IMG/VR virus record: IMGVR_UViG_3300025133_000033
DNA from: a virus
Reading direction: 5' to 3' (one strand)
Length of the DNA: 64,000 nt
The notes beneath the pieces are model-generated. The model ran no database searches. It worked only from the letters and a program-made list of their open reading frames with translations, and was not told the DNA's origin. Numbering within the stretch: position 1 is the stretch's first letter; each line of letters opens with the position of its first letter. The position numbers and the translations under genes are program-made. Positions 47,055 through 57,299 of this stretch are shown piece after piece.

Positions 47055-48703
47055 TTTTTATGCCTCCTATGAGCTTCCTCTATAAATTTATGAGGATGTT
47101 CCTGTGCCTGCCCTGTTCGCAAGGCATCAAATAGATAGCGACGGTGTGCTAAAGGAAGGTGTTCTTCAAACACAGATTTTTGAGTGCAGGACTTAAGTTG
47201 TCCACTGCCAAAGTCTGCTCCAAAGTTTAAGCTTCTAGAAATTAATAACATCCTATAGTTAAACGCAGAGTATTGGTCTTGGATGAGACGAGTGCAAACC
47301 CATTCCGCAAATTGGTGATGAGTCATGTTCTTTGGGGGCTCATCTGGAGGAACAGCCATTGTAGGAGGAGAATTCCATTGACCTTCTAGGCCCTTCCCCT
47401 CTACATTATCTATATAGTTCTCCCAAGCCTTTGCCGCATTATCCCAGGTGTATCTGTCAAGACACCCCTTGCGTGTTTCTAAGCGATGCCTTTTTGCTTT
47501 ATCTTTGTCTTGACACGCCAAGAGCAATAAAGCTTTTGTTAATTCTTTATTGTTTGGTCCTGAACGATTAGCGTTTGTTTCCATTTCGCGAGCCAGGGAA
47601 GGAGCGATAGGAACTCCTTTTACTTGTTTCACTATATCTTCCATAGCACTATAGTCTATAGCCACAACAGGAACCCCACATGCTGCTGCTTCGACTTGAG
47701 GCATACCAAAGCCCTCGCAAATAGCATACTGTACATAGCAATCCATAAGATTATAGATTTGCATTAGCTCCTCTCGGGATACTCCTGTAGACACTCCTGG
47801 CATTACTGCACTCTGGTGCTTGCAGAACCGACAGATAGTAATGGCATCACGAAAGTGAGAAGGGAAGAACTTACCGCAACCTCTACATTTATAGGTACAT
47901 AAAACCTTAGATCCTAGCCCATACTCGTGTACCAAAGAGGTTATCTCCCAGCCCATTTTTTCTGGGTAGCTTGTATGTAGATATAGAAAGCTTTTTTCAG
48001 CTATCTCTGGAGGGGCCTGATCTAAGAAGTCCTTAAATGATTGCATTAACTCAGGAAACATCTTGCGTTTTTGATTACGCATTACTGTTCCAACAATGAA
48101 GCTATCTGGGTCAAGGCCAAATGATCGTTTATGGTTTTTTTTATTAGGAATTAAACCAAAGATATCTTCTTCCATAGCTGGAGAAGCACATCCTACGGGC
48201 TTAAGGCGACCTTGAGTTTGTTTGTCTAAGGCACGAATACCAAACTCTGAGTAAGCCATAAGGCCATCACATCTATTGAAGAGTTGGTATAGCCACTCTA
48301 GCTTTTGTGGCTCAGAGTCAATAGTAGGCATCCAAACCCAGTGAAAGAAGGGTAAGAATGGACTATCTGCAATATAGGCATCCATCCAAGGGTCACGATA
48401 AGTAATCACAATATCAGGCTTAAAGTCTAGACAGGCACGTTCAAAACGAACAATGCCCCATTGGACTTGAGGCTGGGCTGTATGCTCTTTGGCATAGCCT
48501 TCCTCTCCCTCCATAGGAGCCACCCCATAGGTGAGCCAATCTGACTGCTGGTCTACCGAAGTAGGACTACAATAACAGGCTAGCTCAGCAAGCTCGTACT
48601 TCCCCGTCTTATGCAGCCTCTTAAGGATCTCTATCCCATATACTCCAAATCCAGAAGCTAATTTGTGTGATTCTGTTACAACTAGGATTTTCTTTTTACG
48701 CAT
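47051..48703 (-). CDS. GT4 glycosyltransferase with Zn-ribbon insertion
   Basis: SGFGVY, VGTVMRNQKRKMFPEL, CRGC...CRFC, EGFGMPQVEAAACGVPVV. Confidence 0.88.
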   Translation of the reverse strand: MRKKKILVVTESHKLASGFGVYGIEILKRLHKTGKYELAELACYCSPTSVDQQSDWLTYGVAPMEGEEGYAKEHTAQPQVQWGIVRFERACLDFKPDIVITYRDPWMDAYIADSPFLPFFHWVWMPTIDSEPQKLEWLYQLFNRCDGLMAYSEFGIRALDKQTQGRLKPVGCASPAMEEDIFGLIPNKKNHKRSFGLDPDSFIVGTVMRNQKRKMFPELMQSFKDFLDQAPPEIAEKSFLYLHTSYPEKMGWEITSLVHEYGLGSKVLCTYKCRGCGKFFPSHFRDAITICRFCKHQSAVMPGVSTGVSREELMQIYNLMDCYVQYAICEGFGMPQVEAAACGVPVVAIDYSAMEDIVKQVKGVPIAPSLAREMETNANRSGPNNKELTKALLLLACQDKDKAKRHRLETRKGCLDRYTWDNAAKAWENYIDNVEGKGLEGQWNSPPTMAVPPDEPPKNMTHHQFAEWVCTRLIQDQYSAFNYRMLLISRSLNFGADFGSGQLKSCTQKSVFEEHLPLAHRRYLFDALRTGQAQEHPHKFIEEAHRRHKK

Positions 48704-49142
48704 CGTTTCCTTCTCTGATCTTACGTAAGGCTTTATAGAAGCGGTTCTTGACAGCAGATGGCGTATCGCCTACAATCTCACAGATTTCGCGGAACTTGTA
48801 TCCTTGGCATCTCAACTCTATCAATCGTTTTTCTTCGTCATTCATATCGGAAGTGAAGTATTCCCAAACTCTTTCAGGAGTCATCATAGATGGAGTAGGG
48901 GCATCTTCAATAGAACTATGTCGTTGTCGAGCTTTAAGTTCGCGAATAATTGCCCACTGAATTGGTCGCCAAGCATAGGTGGAGATAAGATTTCCTTTAG
49001 AAGGATCATATTTCTGTAGTGCTTTCCATAATCCAATTCTACCAGCGTCAAGCAAGTCTTGTCGTTCGGTGTGATTTCTGGGCTCAAACTTATTGACAAT
49101 AGATGCCACGAGAGGCATGTTGTCTTCAATTAGTTTATCCAT
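48696..49142 (-). CDS. sigma70-family (ECF-like) sigma factor
   Basis: NMPLVASIV, DLLDAGRIGLWKALQKYDPSKG..STYA, region-4 GYKFREICE...AVKNRFYKALRKIR. Confidence 0.9.
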   Translation of the reverse strand: MDKLIEDNMPLVASIVNKFEPRNHTERQDLLDAGRIGLWKALQKYDPSKGNLISTYAWRPIQWAIIRELKARQRHSSIEDAPTPSMMTPERVWEYFTSDMNDEEKRLIELRCQGYKFREICEIVGDTPSAVKNRFYKALRKIREGNDA

Positions 49143-49164
49143 GCTATACCTTTATTATATATTG

Positions 49165-50781
49165 TTAGGTTAGTTTTTGCACACGCTTTACCAGAAAACT
49201 TCCGCGATTTTGGTCGCGTGATCCACGAAAAAGCAATATGCTGTCTCTTGTTACGTCCTCTCGATGCTTCTCCCAAGCCTCTGAAAACATGGTTACGTTG
49301 TCAAGGGCACAGGTTCCATCGCTTATTTTTAAGAAAGCCATAGTTTGACCCTTGCTTTTACCCTTTTTAATAGTCCATTCTCTCACGTCATTAATTTTTG
49401 CCGCTATCGAGATAGATTGTGAATTAAACCCTTTGATGTATTCACGACAAGAACAATTAGCATCGCTAGTATCATATTCATCAATCTCCGTACAGGTTAA
49501 TTCTACGCTTAAATACTCACGTTCTTGCCTAGCTCTCCACTTAGCACTGTCTACTAGGTCATATGGGGGGTTGTCCAGAGCAGAGATTGTTCCTTTCATT
49601 AGCTCGATGAACCTATCTGTATGAGCAGTACGTCTCTCGTTTGGGATCTTCTTATACAGAATCTCTTCCACACCACCCCTAAAGGTCTTACAGTCAGATG
49701 CCTCTAGGAACTTGTGATCGGAATCTCTAAATTCACGATACATTTCCAGATCATATAGCATCTTGTTCCGATTGATCTTATAGTAATCTAAGGCACCGGC
49801 TAAGATCATGGCCTGGAAAGCATCTCTCTTGATGAATCTGCCTAGTTTCATTAAGAATTGGTCCCATGTAAAACTAGCCAAATCATATTTATTGTTCTTT
49901 ACTACACCACGAAGCTGATCAAAAACCGAGTTTCCCACGTTTTTTATATTAGTGATTCCATAAGTCGGGCAGTTGTCTATCAGCTTAAAAACTCTATTCA
50001 TTTTAATAACACTCGGAGGCATGATATCAATATCCATCATTCGAGCATTATTCACAAGGTCTTGGATTTCCATGTGAGGGTCTTGCTTGCCGTTAGCATG
50101 ACGTAGCCAAGCAGTGAAGAAAGGACGAGGGAAGTGAGCCTTAATATAGGCTGTTAGATATCCTGTGTTGGCATAGCTAAAGGAGTGAGACTTGTTGAAC
50201 GAGTATCTCTGAGACTTCTCAATCCAACTAAAGATCTCCTCTGCTTCTTCCTTGTTGATGATGCCTAGACCTATGGACTTTTTAAGGAACTCTTCCTTAA
50301 TCTTGGCCATGAGTTCTACCTTTTTCTTACCAATAGCCTTGCGAAGTAATTCCGCCTCCTGAAGATTATACCCTGCTATTTGCCGAGCAATACCTAAAGC
50401 TTCCTCCTGATAGATCATAATCCCGTAGGTGCCTTCAAGGATAGGCTCTAAGGCGGGGTGGAGGTATGCTACAGTATCACGGCCACTCTTGCGATCTATA
50501 TAGTGCTGAGTCAAATTTTTCCCATCAACAATTGCCTCTAAACAACCGGGACGAATTATTGCTATAAGATCAGACAACTCTTCCATGTGAGCGGGAGCGG
50601 TCTTTGCTGCCGTACTTTGACCTAGCTGAGACTCTAGTTGGAATACCCCCTTGGTATTACCATCGGAAATCATCTGCCATGTCTTCGGACAATCCAGACG
50701 CAGCTTGGTAAGATCGGGATTTATTACAGGCTTTCCTTTTGAGTTCTCCTCAAACCTACATCCACAGTCGAATTCAATCAT
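49165..50781 (-). CDS. dnaE: DNA polymerase III alpha subunit, C-terminal half
   Basis: GVFQLES, IRPG, TYGIMIYQE, LRKAIGKK, YSFNKSHS, IKNVG, C-terminal OB fold MAFLKISD. Confidence 0.93.
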   Translation of the reverse strand: MIEFDCGCRFEENSKGKPVINPDLTKLRLDCPKTWQMISDGNTKGVFQLESQLGQSTAAKTAPAHMEELSDLIAIIRPGCLEAIVDGKNLTQHYIDRKSGRDTVAYLHPALEPILEGTYGIMIYQEEALGIARQIAGYNLQEAELLRKAIGKKKVELMAKIKEEFLKKSIGLGIINKEEAEEIFSWIEKSQRYSFNKSHSFSYANTGYLTAYIKAHFPRPFFTAWLRHANGKQDPHMEIQDLVNNARMMDIDIMPPSVIKMNRVFKLIDNCPTYGITNIKNVGNSVFDQLRGVVKNNKYDLASFTWDQFLMKLGRFIKRDAFQAMILAGALDYYKINRNKMLYDLEMYREFRDSDHKFLEASDCKTFRGGVEEILYKKIPNERRTAHTDRFIELMKGTISALDNPPYDLVDSAKWRARQEREYLSVELTCTEIDEYDTSDANCSCREYIKGFNSQSISIAAKINDVREWTIKKGKSKGQTMAFLKISDGTCALDNVTMFSEAWEKHREDVTRDSILLFRGSRDQNRGSFLVKRVQKLT

Positions 50782-50981
50782 TTGAGTCTTTCTTCAACCT
50801 TGATTTCTTGAACTTCTAAAGAAACATAAGACCCATCTCTCCCTGGCCCCTCCTTGTCTTCATCCCCGTCTAGGCTATGAGCGAACAAGTCTAGCTCTTT
50901 CTTAGTTGGTTTCTTCATAACTAAAAAGGGACCATAGTGATCACAGGATTCGCTGTCTGCTGTTATTGACCAAACCTTCAT
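50778..50981 (-). CDS. hypothetical protein (67 aa)
   Basis: ATGA overlaps on both sides. Confidence 0.6.
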   Translation of the reverse strand: MKVWSITADSESCDHYGPFLVMKKPTKKELDLFAHSLDGDEDKEGPGRDGSYVSLEVQEIKVEERLK

Positions 50982-51664
50982 GCCTTGACTCCTTTAAATG
51001 ACCCTTTAAACTTGGCTACCGAAGCCTGCTTACGATGGAACTTCAAGAACCTAACAAAGATTTCTGACTCTTCGTACACGTCTACGAGAGCATCGTGTGC
51101 TTGACCTTGAGACTCTATCCCGAAGAACTTACGAAGAGTGTCCATCTTGAAATCAGTTGGCTCGTCTAGGCTTTCCATCCACCAAAAGATCTGATCAAAA
51201 ACATCCATCTTAGTAACCTCAGAAAACGGCACCTTAGTCTTATGTTTTGCCGCCAGTCTATCTACAATGACCTTATCGTATCCCCAGATATTATATCCCA
51301 CGGGGATAGGTTGAGGATACCATTGGCCAGGGCGTTTGTCAACTTCGTACTTGGCACAGTAGGTACAGAATTGTTTCCAGGCAGTCTTTTGTGCGACCCC
51401 TCCCTTCCACTTTTCTACTACTTGGTCAAATTCAAGACCCATGTTGTCTGCGTGCCACTGAATAGTTTTACTCCGCTCGTCATCAAAATAGTCCTCGTTG
51501 TCGATCCCTGGTGGACGAATCCATACATTGAAAGAAAACTCTTTCTTAATTTCTAGCGTATCTGGATCAATAGGAACCGCCGCCAGTTGTACGGGGTTAC
51601 ATTCATTAGGATTTTTCCCATCTGTTTCAAAGTCGAAACATAAAAACCATCTATTATTTTTCAT
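50978..51664 (-). CDS. DEDDh 3'-5' exonuclease (DnaQ-like)
   Basis: FDFETDG, GYNIWGYD, HDALVD. Confidence 0.88.
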   Translation of the reverse strand: MKNNRWFLCFDFETDGKNPNECNPVQLAAVPIDPDTLEIKKEFSFNVWIRPPGIDNEDYFDDERSKTIQWHADNMGLEFDQVVEKWKGGVAQKTAWKQFCTYCAKYEVDKRPGQWYPQPIPVGYNIWGYDKVIVDRLAAKHKTKVPFSEVTKMDVFDQIFWWMESLDEPTDFKMDTLRKFFGIESQGQAHDALVDVYEESEIFVRFLKFHRKQASVAKFKGSFKGVKA

Positions 51665-51894
51665 ATAACATCCTCGTTTTCTACAAATAGATCTTGGAAT
51701 TTCATAGAGCCATCACAACTACTTATGTGCTTTTCTGTCGTGCCTTCCTCGCGGTCAAAGTTTTTATCGAAAGATTTACACATAGCCCCCCACGCATCCT
51801 CATCAATCGTAACTCTCTTGATGAAGGGGTATTTTTGTGACAACTTTACCATTTCCAATCTGAACTCTGTTATCTTTTGGTCAGTCTGCATCAT
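51661..51894 (-). CDS. hypothetical protein
   Basis: AGGAG RBS before ATG at 51894; overlaps the dnaE-N stop. Confidence 0.55.
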   Translation of the reverse strand: MMQTDQKITEFRLEMVKLSQKYPFIKRVTIDEDAWGAMCKSFDKNFDREEGTTEKHISSCDGSMKFQDLFVENEDVI

Positions 51895-53773
51895 CTTCTC
51901 CTGCTGTAATTTTAATTGCATCCATAGTTTTATCTAACGTAGTAACACCCAAGCAGTCTAGCTTAAGTAGTCCCGCTGCCTCGCAGCTTGGACCTTCAAA
52001 GCCTGCCAGTTGATTGTTCCCCTGCTTGTCAAGGACCATCGGACAGGTATCGCTGATAGGGTTTGCGGAAATAACTACTCCCGCAGCGTGCTTACCAGAG
52101 ATAATCTTCGTACCCTCTAAGCGAATAGCTTGTTCAAATATGCGAGACATTGGCCCCTCAAGCTTTCCGTTCTCACCAATAGAGCACCATCGTTTTAATT
52201 TACTAGAGTTATTCTCCAGTGCCCAAAGGATGACTGAAGAGATTCCATACTCTTCTTTAATATCTCCAAGCTCATCAGCAATCTTGCTTTCGTCTACAAT
52301 GCACTTAGTTATTGCATTCTGTTCATCAAAAGAGATGTTTCCACGAGCCCCCATAACACGTTTAAGAGAAGCTCTCCCCTTTAGTGTTTGGAATGTAATG
52401 ATCTGAGCAACGTTGTCTTCTCCGTATTTTTTACGGATATACTCAACAATCTCACCCCTAGCAGCTTTGGGTACATCGAAGTCAATATCAGGCCACGACA
52501 CTTTACCAGGAGCATTACGTCCAGCGTTATAGAAACGCTCAAAGATTAGGTTATAGGGGATAGGATCAATTTGAGTGATGCCAAGTAGATAAGAAACCAT
52601 GCATCCAGCAGCACTACCACGGCCAGGACCAGTTAGATAGCCTCGACTGCGAGTAAAGTTTAAGATATCATTCACAATCAAGAAGTAACTAGACAGGTTA
52701 ATTCCCGTGAATACATCCAACTCCATATTCACACGGCTACCATACTTATTGAATTCTGTAGACTCAGTATTAATATGGGCCATCTTGTCGTTCCATCCTG
52801 TACGACAGAGATAGCGAAGATACTCATTAGGGTCCATCCCTTTAGGGCAATCAAACCTTGGAGGATCTGGCGGGTGTAGGATATTATAATCCTCGCACAT
52901 ATCCGCGATAACATTGGTATTAGCAAGCTCCTCTTCTGTATGAAACTCTAGCATATCTTCGAAAGAAGGAATATGGTAGTTGTGAGATTTGAAGAAGGTC
53001 TGTAGGGTACGATTAGCCGTTCCCTGTTTTAATTCTCTCTTGACTTGTCCCAAGGTCTTTTTAAAGTTTGTGCAGAGCAAGACCTGTTGATCCTCCGCGT
53101 CTTCCCTTTCGGCATAGTGAGCATCAGGTGTAGCAACACAAGGGATTCCTGTCTTGACGGAAATCTGCCTTAAAGCGTTAGCCACCATTCCCGCGAAGGT
53201 ATTAATCTTGGAGTCTATTAACTGAATCTCAATGAAGAAGTTTCCTTTGCCAAAAACAACCTGTAGGTTCTTAGCACAAGCAATCCCCTTTTTCATCCAG
53301 TCAGGATCAAGTCTTTCTCCATCAGTTATAGCATTCGCCAGTACTGATCCAAGGTGCCCGCTAAAAGATACTAGATTTCCAAAGCTGGCAGTCTTAGCCA
53401 TCATATCAATGTCGATACGTGGCTTATAGTACATATTTTCCTTCCTATTAGCATCAGATACTAAATGCAATAGCTGCTTCCAACCTACCGCATTCTTAGC
53501 TAGGATGACCTGATGGTCTAGCGACCTATTATCTTTGTTCTTTATTTTCACATCCTGCTTTGACACATACATCTCACAACCCAGTATCGGACGAAAATCT
53601 TTATCCTTCATTTTTCCAAAGAAGTCGATAGCACCCGATACCGTACCGTGATCCGTAATAGCTCCAGCCTTCGCCCCGATCTTCTCATAGCGATCAGCCA
53701 TAGCTTCGCAGCTAGACAATCCATCTAGCAGAGAGTATTCGGAGTGACAGTGTAGTGGAGTGTAGTGTTTCAT
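51881..53773 (-). CDS. dnaE: DNA polymerase III alpha subunit, N-terminal half (PHP + palm/thumb)
   Basis: LHCHSEYSLLDG, ITDHG, GPGRGSAAG, FERF, PDIDFD, HAAGVVI, GLLKLDCLG. Confidence 0.95.
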   Translation of the reverse strand: MKHYTPLHCHSEYSLLDGLSSCEAMADRYEKIGAKAGAITDHGTVSGAIDFFGKMKDKDFRPILGCEMYVSKQDVKIKNKDNRSLDHQVILAKNAVGWKQLLHLVSDANRKENMYYKPRIDIDMMAKTASFGNLVSFSGHLGSVLANAITDGERLDPDWMKKGIACAKNLQVVFGKGNFFIEIQLIDSKINTFAGMVANALRQISVKTGIPCVATPDAHYAEREDAEDQQVLLCTNFKKTLGQVKRELKQGTANRTLQTFFKSHNYHIPSFEDMLEFHTEEELANTNVIADMCEDYNILHPPDPPRFDCPKGMDPNEYLRYLCRTGWNDKMAHINTESTEFNKYGSRVNMELDVFTGINLSSYFLIVNDILNFTRSRGYLTGPGRGSAAGCMVSYLLGITQIDPIPYNLIFERFYNAGRNAPGKVSWPDIDFDVPKAARGEIVEYIRKKYGEDNVAQIITFQTLKGRASLKRVMGARGNISFDEQNAITKCIVDESKIADELGDIKEEYGISSVILWALENNSSKLKRWCSIGENGKLEGPMSRIFEQAIRLEGTKIISGKHAAGVVISANPISDTCPMVLDKQGNNQLAGFEGPSCEAAGLLKLDCLGVTTLDKTMDAIKITAGEDDAD

Positions 53774-53905
53774 CCAAACAAGCCTTTCTAAAGCCATATA
53801 CCTATCTCGACCATTTTCCATAAGCCGAAAGGCACAAAAATTACGGCGGTAAAGAACAACCCTTTTATTAGTCCTTCTATACCGCTAAACATTTTACCGT
53901 CCATC

Positions 53906-54175
53906 TTACTCTTCCTCTACAAGAATAATCTCTTTAATTACTATATTCTTTTTTAAGACGTGTTCTGAAAACTCCTCAATCATTTCCTCGGCTCCTGCCT
54001 CTGTCTCCGACCAGCTAGCAAATTTAAACAAATGGTCTCCTACAGCCTCCCATATTCTCGTACTGTAATCCTTTTGCATGTAGAACTCTTTATACTTAGG
54101 ATAATACCTCTTGGTTAGAGGATAGTATTCTAATGAAAAGGGAGAGGGAGTCTCAGGTTTTTTCCACGGCCACAT
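53906..54175 (-). CDS. hypothetical protein (89 aa)
   Basis: TAATG coupling; AGGAG RBS. Confidence 0.6.
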   Translation of the reverse strand: MWPWKKPETPSPFSLEYYPLTKRYYPKYKEFYMQKDYSTRIWEAVGDHLFKFASWSETEAGAEEMIEEFSEHVLKKNIVIKEIILVEEE

Positions 54176-55275
54176 TAGTTTTCTCCTTTATGACTATCAT
54201 CATGAACCTTACCTCCACCTTCTCCATATGATCCATGAGTATGATCAGGATGAGCATAGTTCTCTGTCACCCAGTCAATCCCCATCTTGTCTATCATATA
54301 GCGGAGCTGTTCACACTTAGTCATTACTTGCTTGTACTTTGTTAGTTTACCAGGACGTTCTTCAATCAATGCGGCAACGTGATCGTCTTCTTCGAAAGTT
54401 GTCTTGCCCGCATGACATAGCTTAGAGCACTTCCAGCTTTGCTTGATATCAATCTGACGGATAGTCTTTGGCTTCTCAGTATTTCTAATAGCTTCGAATC
54501 GCCGCTGGATCATATCCTCTGTCTTTTCTAAGTCTGAGTCTTGGAAGTGGACAGTAAAGGCCCCTCCATCATTGATGAAGTAAATGGTTACTAGGAAGGT
54601 ATGAACGTGAGGATACATCTGTTTTGCTGCATAGTGATATAGCCTTAGCTGAGGATCAGAAAAAAGCTTATGCTGGTCCTTAGTTTTTCCCGTCGCCCAA
54701 TCCAATCGCTTGCCAGTCTTCCAGTCCACAATCTCATACACGCCATCTCCCAGGTCAGAAATCAGGTCGATGGTTCCCTTGAGAGCGAGCTGACCCTTGA
54801 GTCCCTGCTCAGGATAATTGTACTCTGCCCAATCGTAAGGTAGCTCAAAATCGAAGTGCGGTTCTGCATCCACGACATTCAGATTGCGGGGATCGAACAT
54901 GCCTTCATTATACTTTAATGTTTTCCAGGTCCAATTTACACAATCTTTAAAATCTCTCTCGGTCCAAGAGTGATGGGAAACCCCTTTGATATAATCCTGA
55001 TAGACCCTTGCACAAATGTTGCCGAGATACTCTGGGTCGTAGTTGGAGGTCTCAACTTCTCCAATATCATCATCCATAATCATCAGCTCGCCATCCTGGT
55101 AAGCCTTCTTTGCCAACGCAACTATCTCTAGTACCTTATGGACAATGCTTCCTTTGTCTGCTTTTTTATTTGATAGACCTCTCAAGCCTAAAGTGTATTC
55201 AGAATAAAACTGCATAGGACAGAACCTATGACAGTTGAACGAGCTACTTCGAAAATATACTATTGGAATTGTCAT
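54175..55275 (-). CDS. Cas4/RecB-like PD-(D/E)XK exonuclease
   Basis: FCPMQF, KGSIVH, KGTIDLI...IVDWKTG, PQLRLY, C-terminal CSKLC...C. Confidence 0.8.
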   Translation of the reverse strand: MTIPIVYFRSSSFNCHRFCPMQFYSEYTLGLRGLSNKKADKGSIVHKVLEIVALAKKAYQDGELMIMDDDIGEVETSNYDPEYLGNICARVYQDYIKGVSHHSWTERDFKDCVNWTWKTLKYNEGMFDPRNLNVVDAEPHFDFELPYDWAEYNYPEQGLKGQLALKGTIDLISDLGDGVYEIVDWKTGKRLDWATGKTKDQHKLFSDPQLRLYHYAAKQMYPHVHTFLVTIYFINDGGAFTVHFQDSDLEKTEDMIQRRFEAIRNTEKPKTIRQIDIKQSWKCSKLCHAGKTTFEEDDHVAALIEERPGKLTKYKQVMTKCEQLRYMIDKMGIDWVTENYAHPDHTHGSYGEGGGKVHDDSHKGEN

Positions 55276-55350
55276 GCTTAATCCTCTAAGGGCCAATCGA
55301 CATAGGAGGCTTCTACTCCACACACTTTACACTTTTTAATATCTACTGTA

Positions 55351-56166
55351 CTAACTCCCTATTACAGCGTGAGGAAGATTCTTGCAGCCCAGCTTTTGTA
55401 ATGCTTCATAGATAGCCTTACACTGGTCCTCAATCTCCATGTCTTGGTTATCAATCACTAGGCTGCACAAACTAAAATCAATTTGCTCGCTTGCATGGGT
55501 ATCTTTAGAGTCGAAGATATCGCGAGACAATCCAAGGATTATAGCACCCTCGTCTCGTAGGAGGTTTATCTCATTTGGAAAACGCACGTCGCAGATGACA
55601 GCTATCTCTGGTTCCTCAGCTTTTATTTTACGTAACAGAGAATCAACCCAGACTGTTTCATACATCTTACGGAAGATCTCAGTACCCATATACTGGAGGA
55701 CTTCACGGATGGTCATTGGTCCTGGTTCATGAACAGTCAACTCCCCTATTTCAATGGCTCCTTGGGTTTCATAATCTTTAACGGCAACAACCCCAGGCAT
55801 ATTCTCCCACAGAAGGTGAGTTAGCTCGCTCTTATCCGCATCTGTTCCATATACCTTACTTGCGGGCAGACCAAGCACCTGAATAGCAATACTCTTTAAA
55901 GTATCTGCTAAGGCATAGATCTTACAGAAGGGACCAACTGACTCATAGAGACCTTCTATATTGACATTGCCAGGAGTGAATGAGAACCATCCTCCGTTCA
56001 TAGCGGTTTGACCAAGAACATCCTTAACCTCTAGCTCGCCTGTCTCTTCATTAATCCGAAGCTCCTCTGAAAGACCAAGCTCTTTCATTTTAAGCATAGT
56101 AATAAAATTACAGCTAGTGTTTTTACCACTTTGTTTCTTACCGGCGAATCCGATTATCTGAGTCAT
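55351..56166 (-). CDS. deoxynucleoside monophosphate kinase
   Basis: IIGFAGKKQSGKNT, ADTLK, REVLQYMGTE, DVRFPNE, HASE. Confidence 0.88.
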   Translation of the reverse strand: MTQIIGFAGKKQSGKNTSCNFITMLKMKELGLSEELRINEETGELEVKDVLGQTAMNGGWFSFTPGNVNIEGLYESVGPFCKIYALADTLKSIAIQVLGLPASKVYGTDADKSELTHLLWENMPGVVAVKDYETQGAIEIGELTVHEPGPMTIREVLQYMGTEIFRKMYETVWVDSLLRKIKAEEPEIAVICDVRFPNEINLLRDEGAIILGLSRDIFDSKDTHASEQIDFSLCSLVIDNQDMEIEDQCKAIYEALQKLGCKNLPHAVIGS

Positions 56167-57299
56167 TGATAACTCTCCTTTGCTAATTCTATCCACGGCT
56201 TAATGTCCGAGGTTATACTATCTATATTGAGGTCTGCTATATCATTACCCTCGAACGAAGGGAAATACAGTCTGTATGTTTTGCCACAGCTTGCTTTTAT
56301 ATCTGTCGCGGCACGCTGTCCAGCCGCATCATTATCCATTAAGGCAACAATAGAAAGGGCACCTGATTCATCAATCAAGCCTCTCTGGGCGTCAGATAGG
56401 TCCGCACCAAATAATGCAACAGAGTTGTGGACTCCTGCCTCTTCTAGCCTCCACACATTACCAGGAGATTCAACTAAGATAATAACCCCCGTCTTTTGAA
56501 TGTATGGCTTCGCCTTCCAATAATTATACAGACACTTTTCCTTTTCGAAGCCCTTTGTATGCCTCCATTTTGGAAAAACATGACAATTTTTCTCAGGATC
56601 ATGCCACTCTTTACATTCTTTACACTGACCAAAGATACTACGGCCTGTAAACCCAATTATAACTGTCCCGCAATCACTATAAATGGGAACCATTGCCCTA
56701 TTATACATAGGTTTCTTTGGGGAATGGCATACTCCTACGTCATAGTCATCTAGTACTTCGATAGAATAGCCACGTTGCAGGTAATAGGTGGCTGGTATCT
56801 CTACTTTATTTCTATAATAATCCTTCGTAATGATACCACTGAGAGGCTTTGGTTCATCAATACTGCTAACTAAACGGCAAAAGTCCTGGTGGTCATTGAC
56901 ATAAGTTTCACCCGATAGCTGACCAAAGCTTACCTTGTATCTATCTAGTAGCCAACTAACAGTATCATCGAATGATACCATAGGGTCTCCAGGGACCGAC
57001 CAGCCACGCAGGTTAGACAGCCCCCCACGAATCATACTTAGAAGAGATGTGCCAAAGTGTGCTTCGCATTGGTGGGTTCTACATTTGAAATGCACCCTGT
57101 AGTCTGCATTATAATATAAGTTTAAGGCAGAGGTATTATCCCCTCCATGTATAAAACAAGAGGAGAAAATTAGCTTCTCTCCCCTGCGAAACTTAACGTC
57201 AAAATAATCATAGATATCTTCAATGTTCTCTAAGACAACATTGGTTAGGCCGTTTAGTTTTTCTTGATCTTTATATTTAGAATGCCACGTCTTCGTCAT
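56163..57299 (-). CDS. DNA primase (DnaG-like)
   Basis: Zn finger CFIHGGDN...CRTHQC, IGFTGR, LYN, TOPRIM LVES...MDNDAAG. Confidence 0.88.
   Translation of the reverse strand: MTKTWHSKYKDQEKLNGLTNVVLENIEDIYDYFDVKFRRGEKLIFSSCFIHGGDNTSALNLYYNADYRVHFKCRTHQCEAHFGTSLLSMIRGGLSNLRGWSVPGDPMVSFDDTVSWLLDRYKVSFGQLSGETYVNDHQDFCRLVSSIDEPKPLSGIITKDYYRNKVEIPATYYLQRGYSIEVLDDYDVGVCHSPKKPMYNRAMVPIYSDCGTVIIGFTGRSIFGQCKECKEWHDPEKNCHVFPKWRHTKGFEKEKCLYNYWKAKPYIQKTGVIILVESPGNVWRLEEAGVHNSVALFGADLSDAQRGLIDESGALSIVALMDNDAAGQRAATDIKASCGKTYRLYFPSFEGNDIADLNIDSITSDIKPWIELAKESYQ

Noticed and set aside
50700-51960. Split intein joining the DnaE halves
   Set aside because: No intein N-terminal block at the end of the N half and no HN-C/S/T motif at the start of the C half
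54175-55275. Cas4-like gene as evidence of a CRISPR-Cas system
   Set aside because: Stand-alone Cas4-like nucleases are common in phage replication modules; no cas1/cas2 or array present
55278-55350. Short - strand frame DIKKCKVCGVEASYVDWPLED between the kinase and nuclease genes
   Set aside because: No start codon or RBS; at most a gene remnant, too short to support
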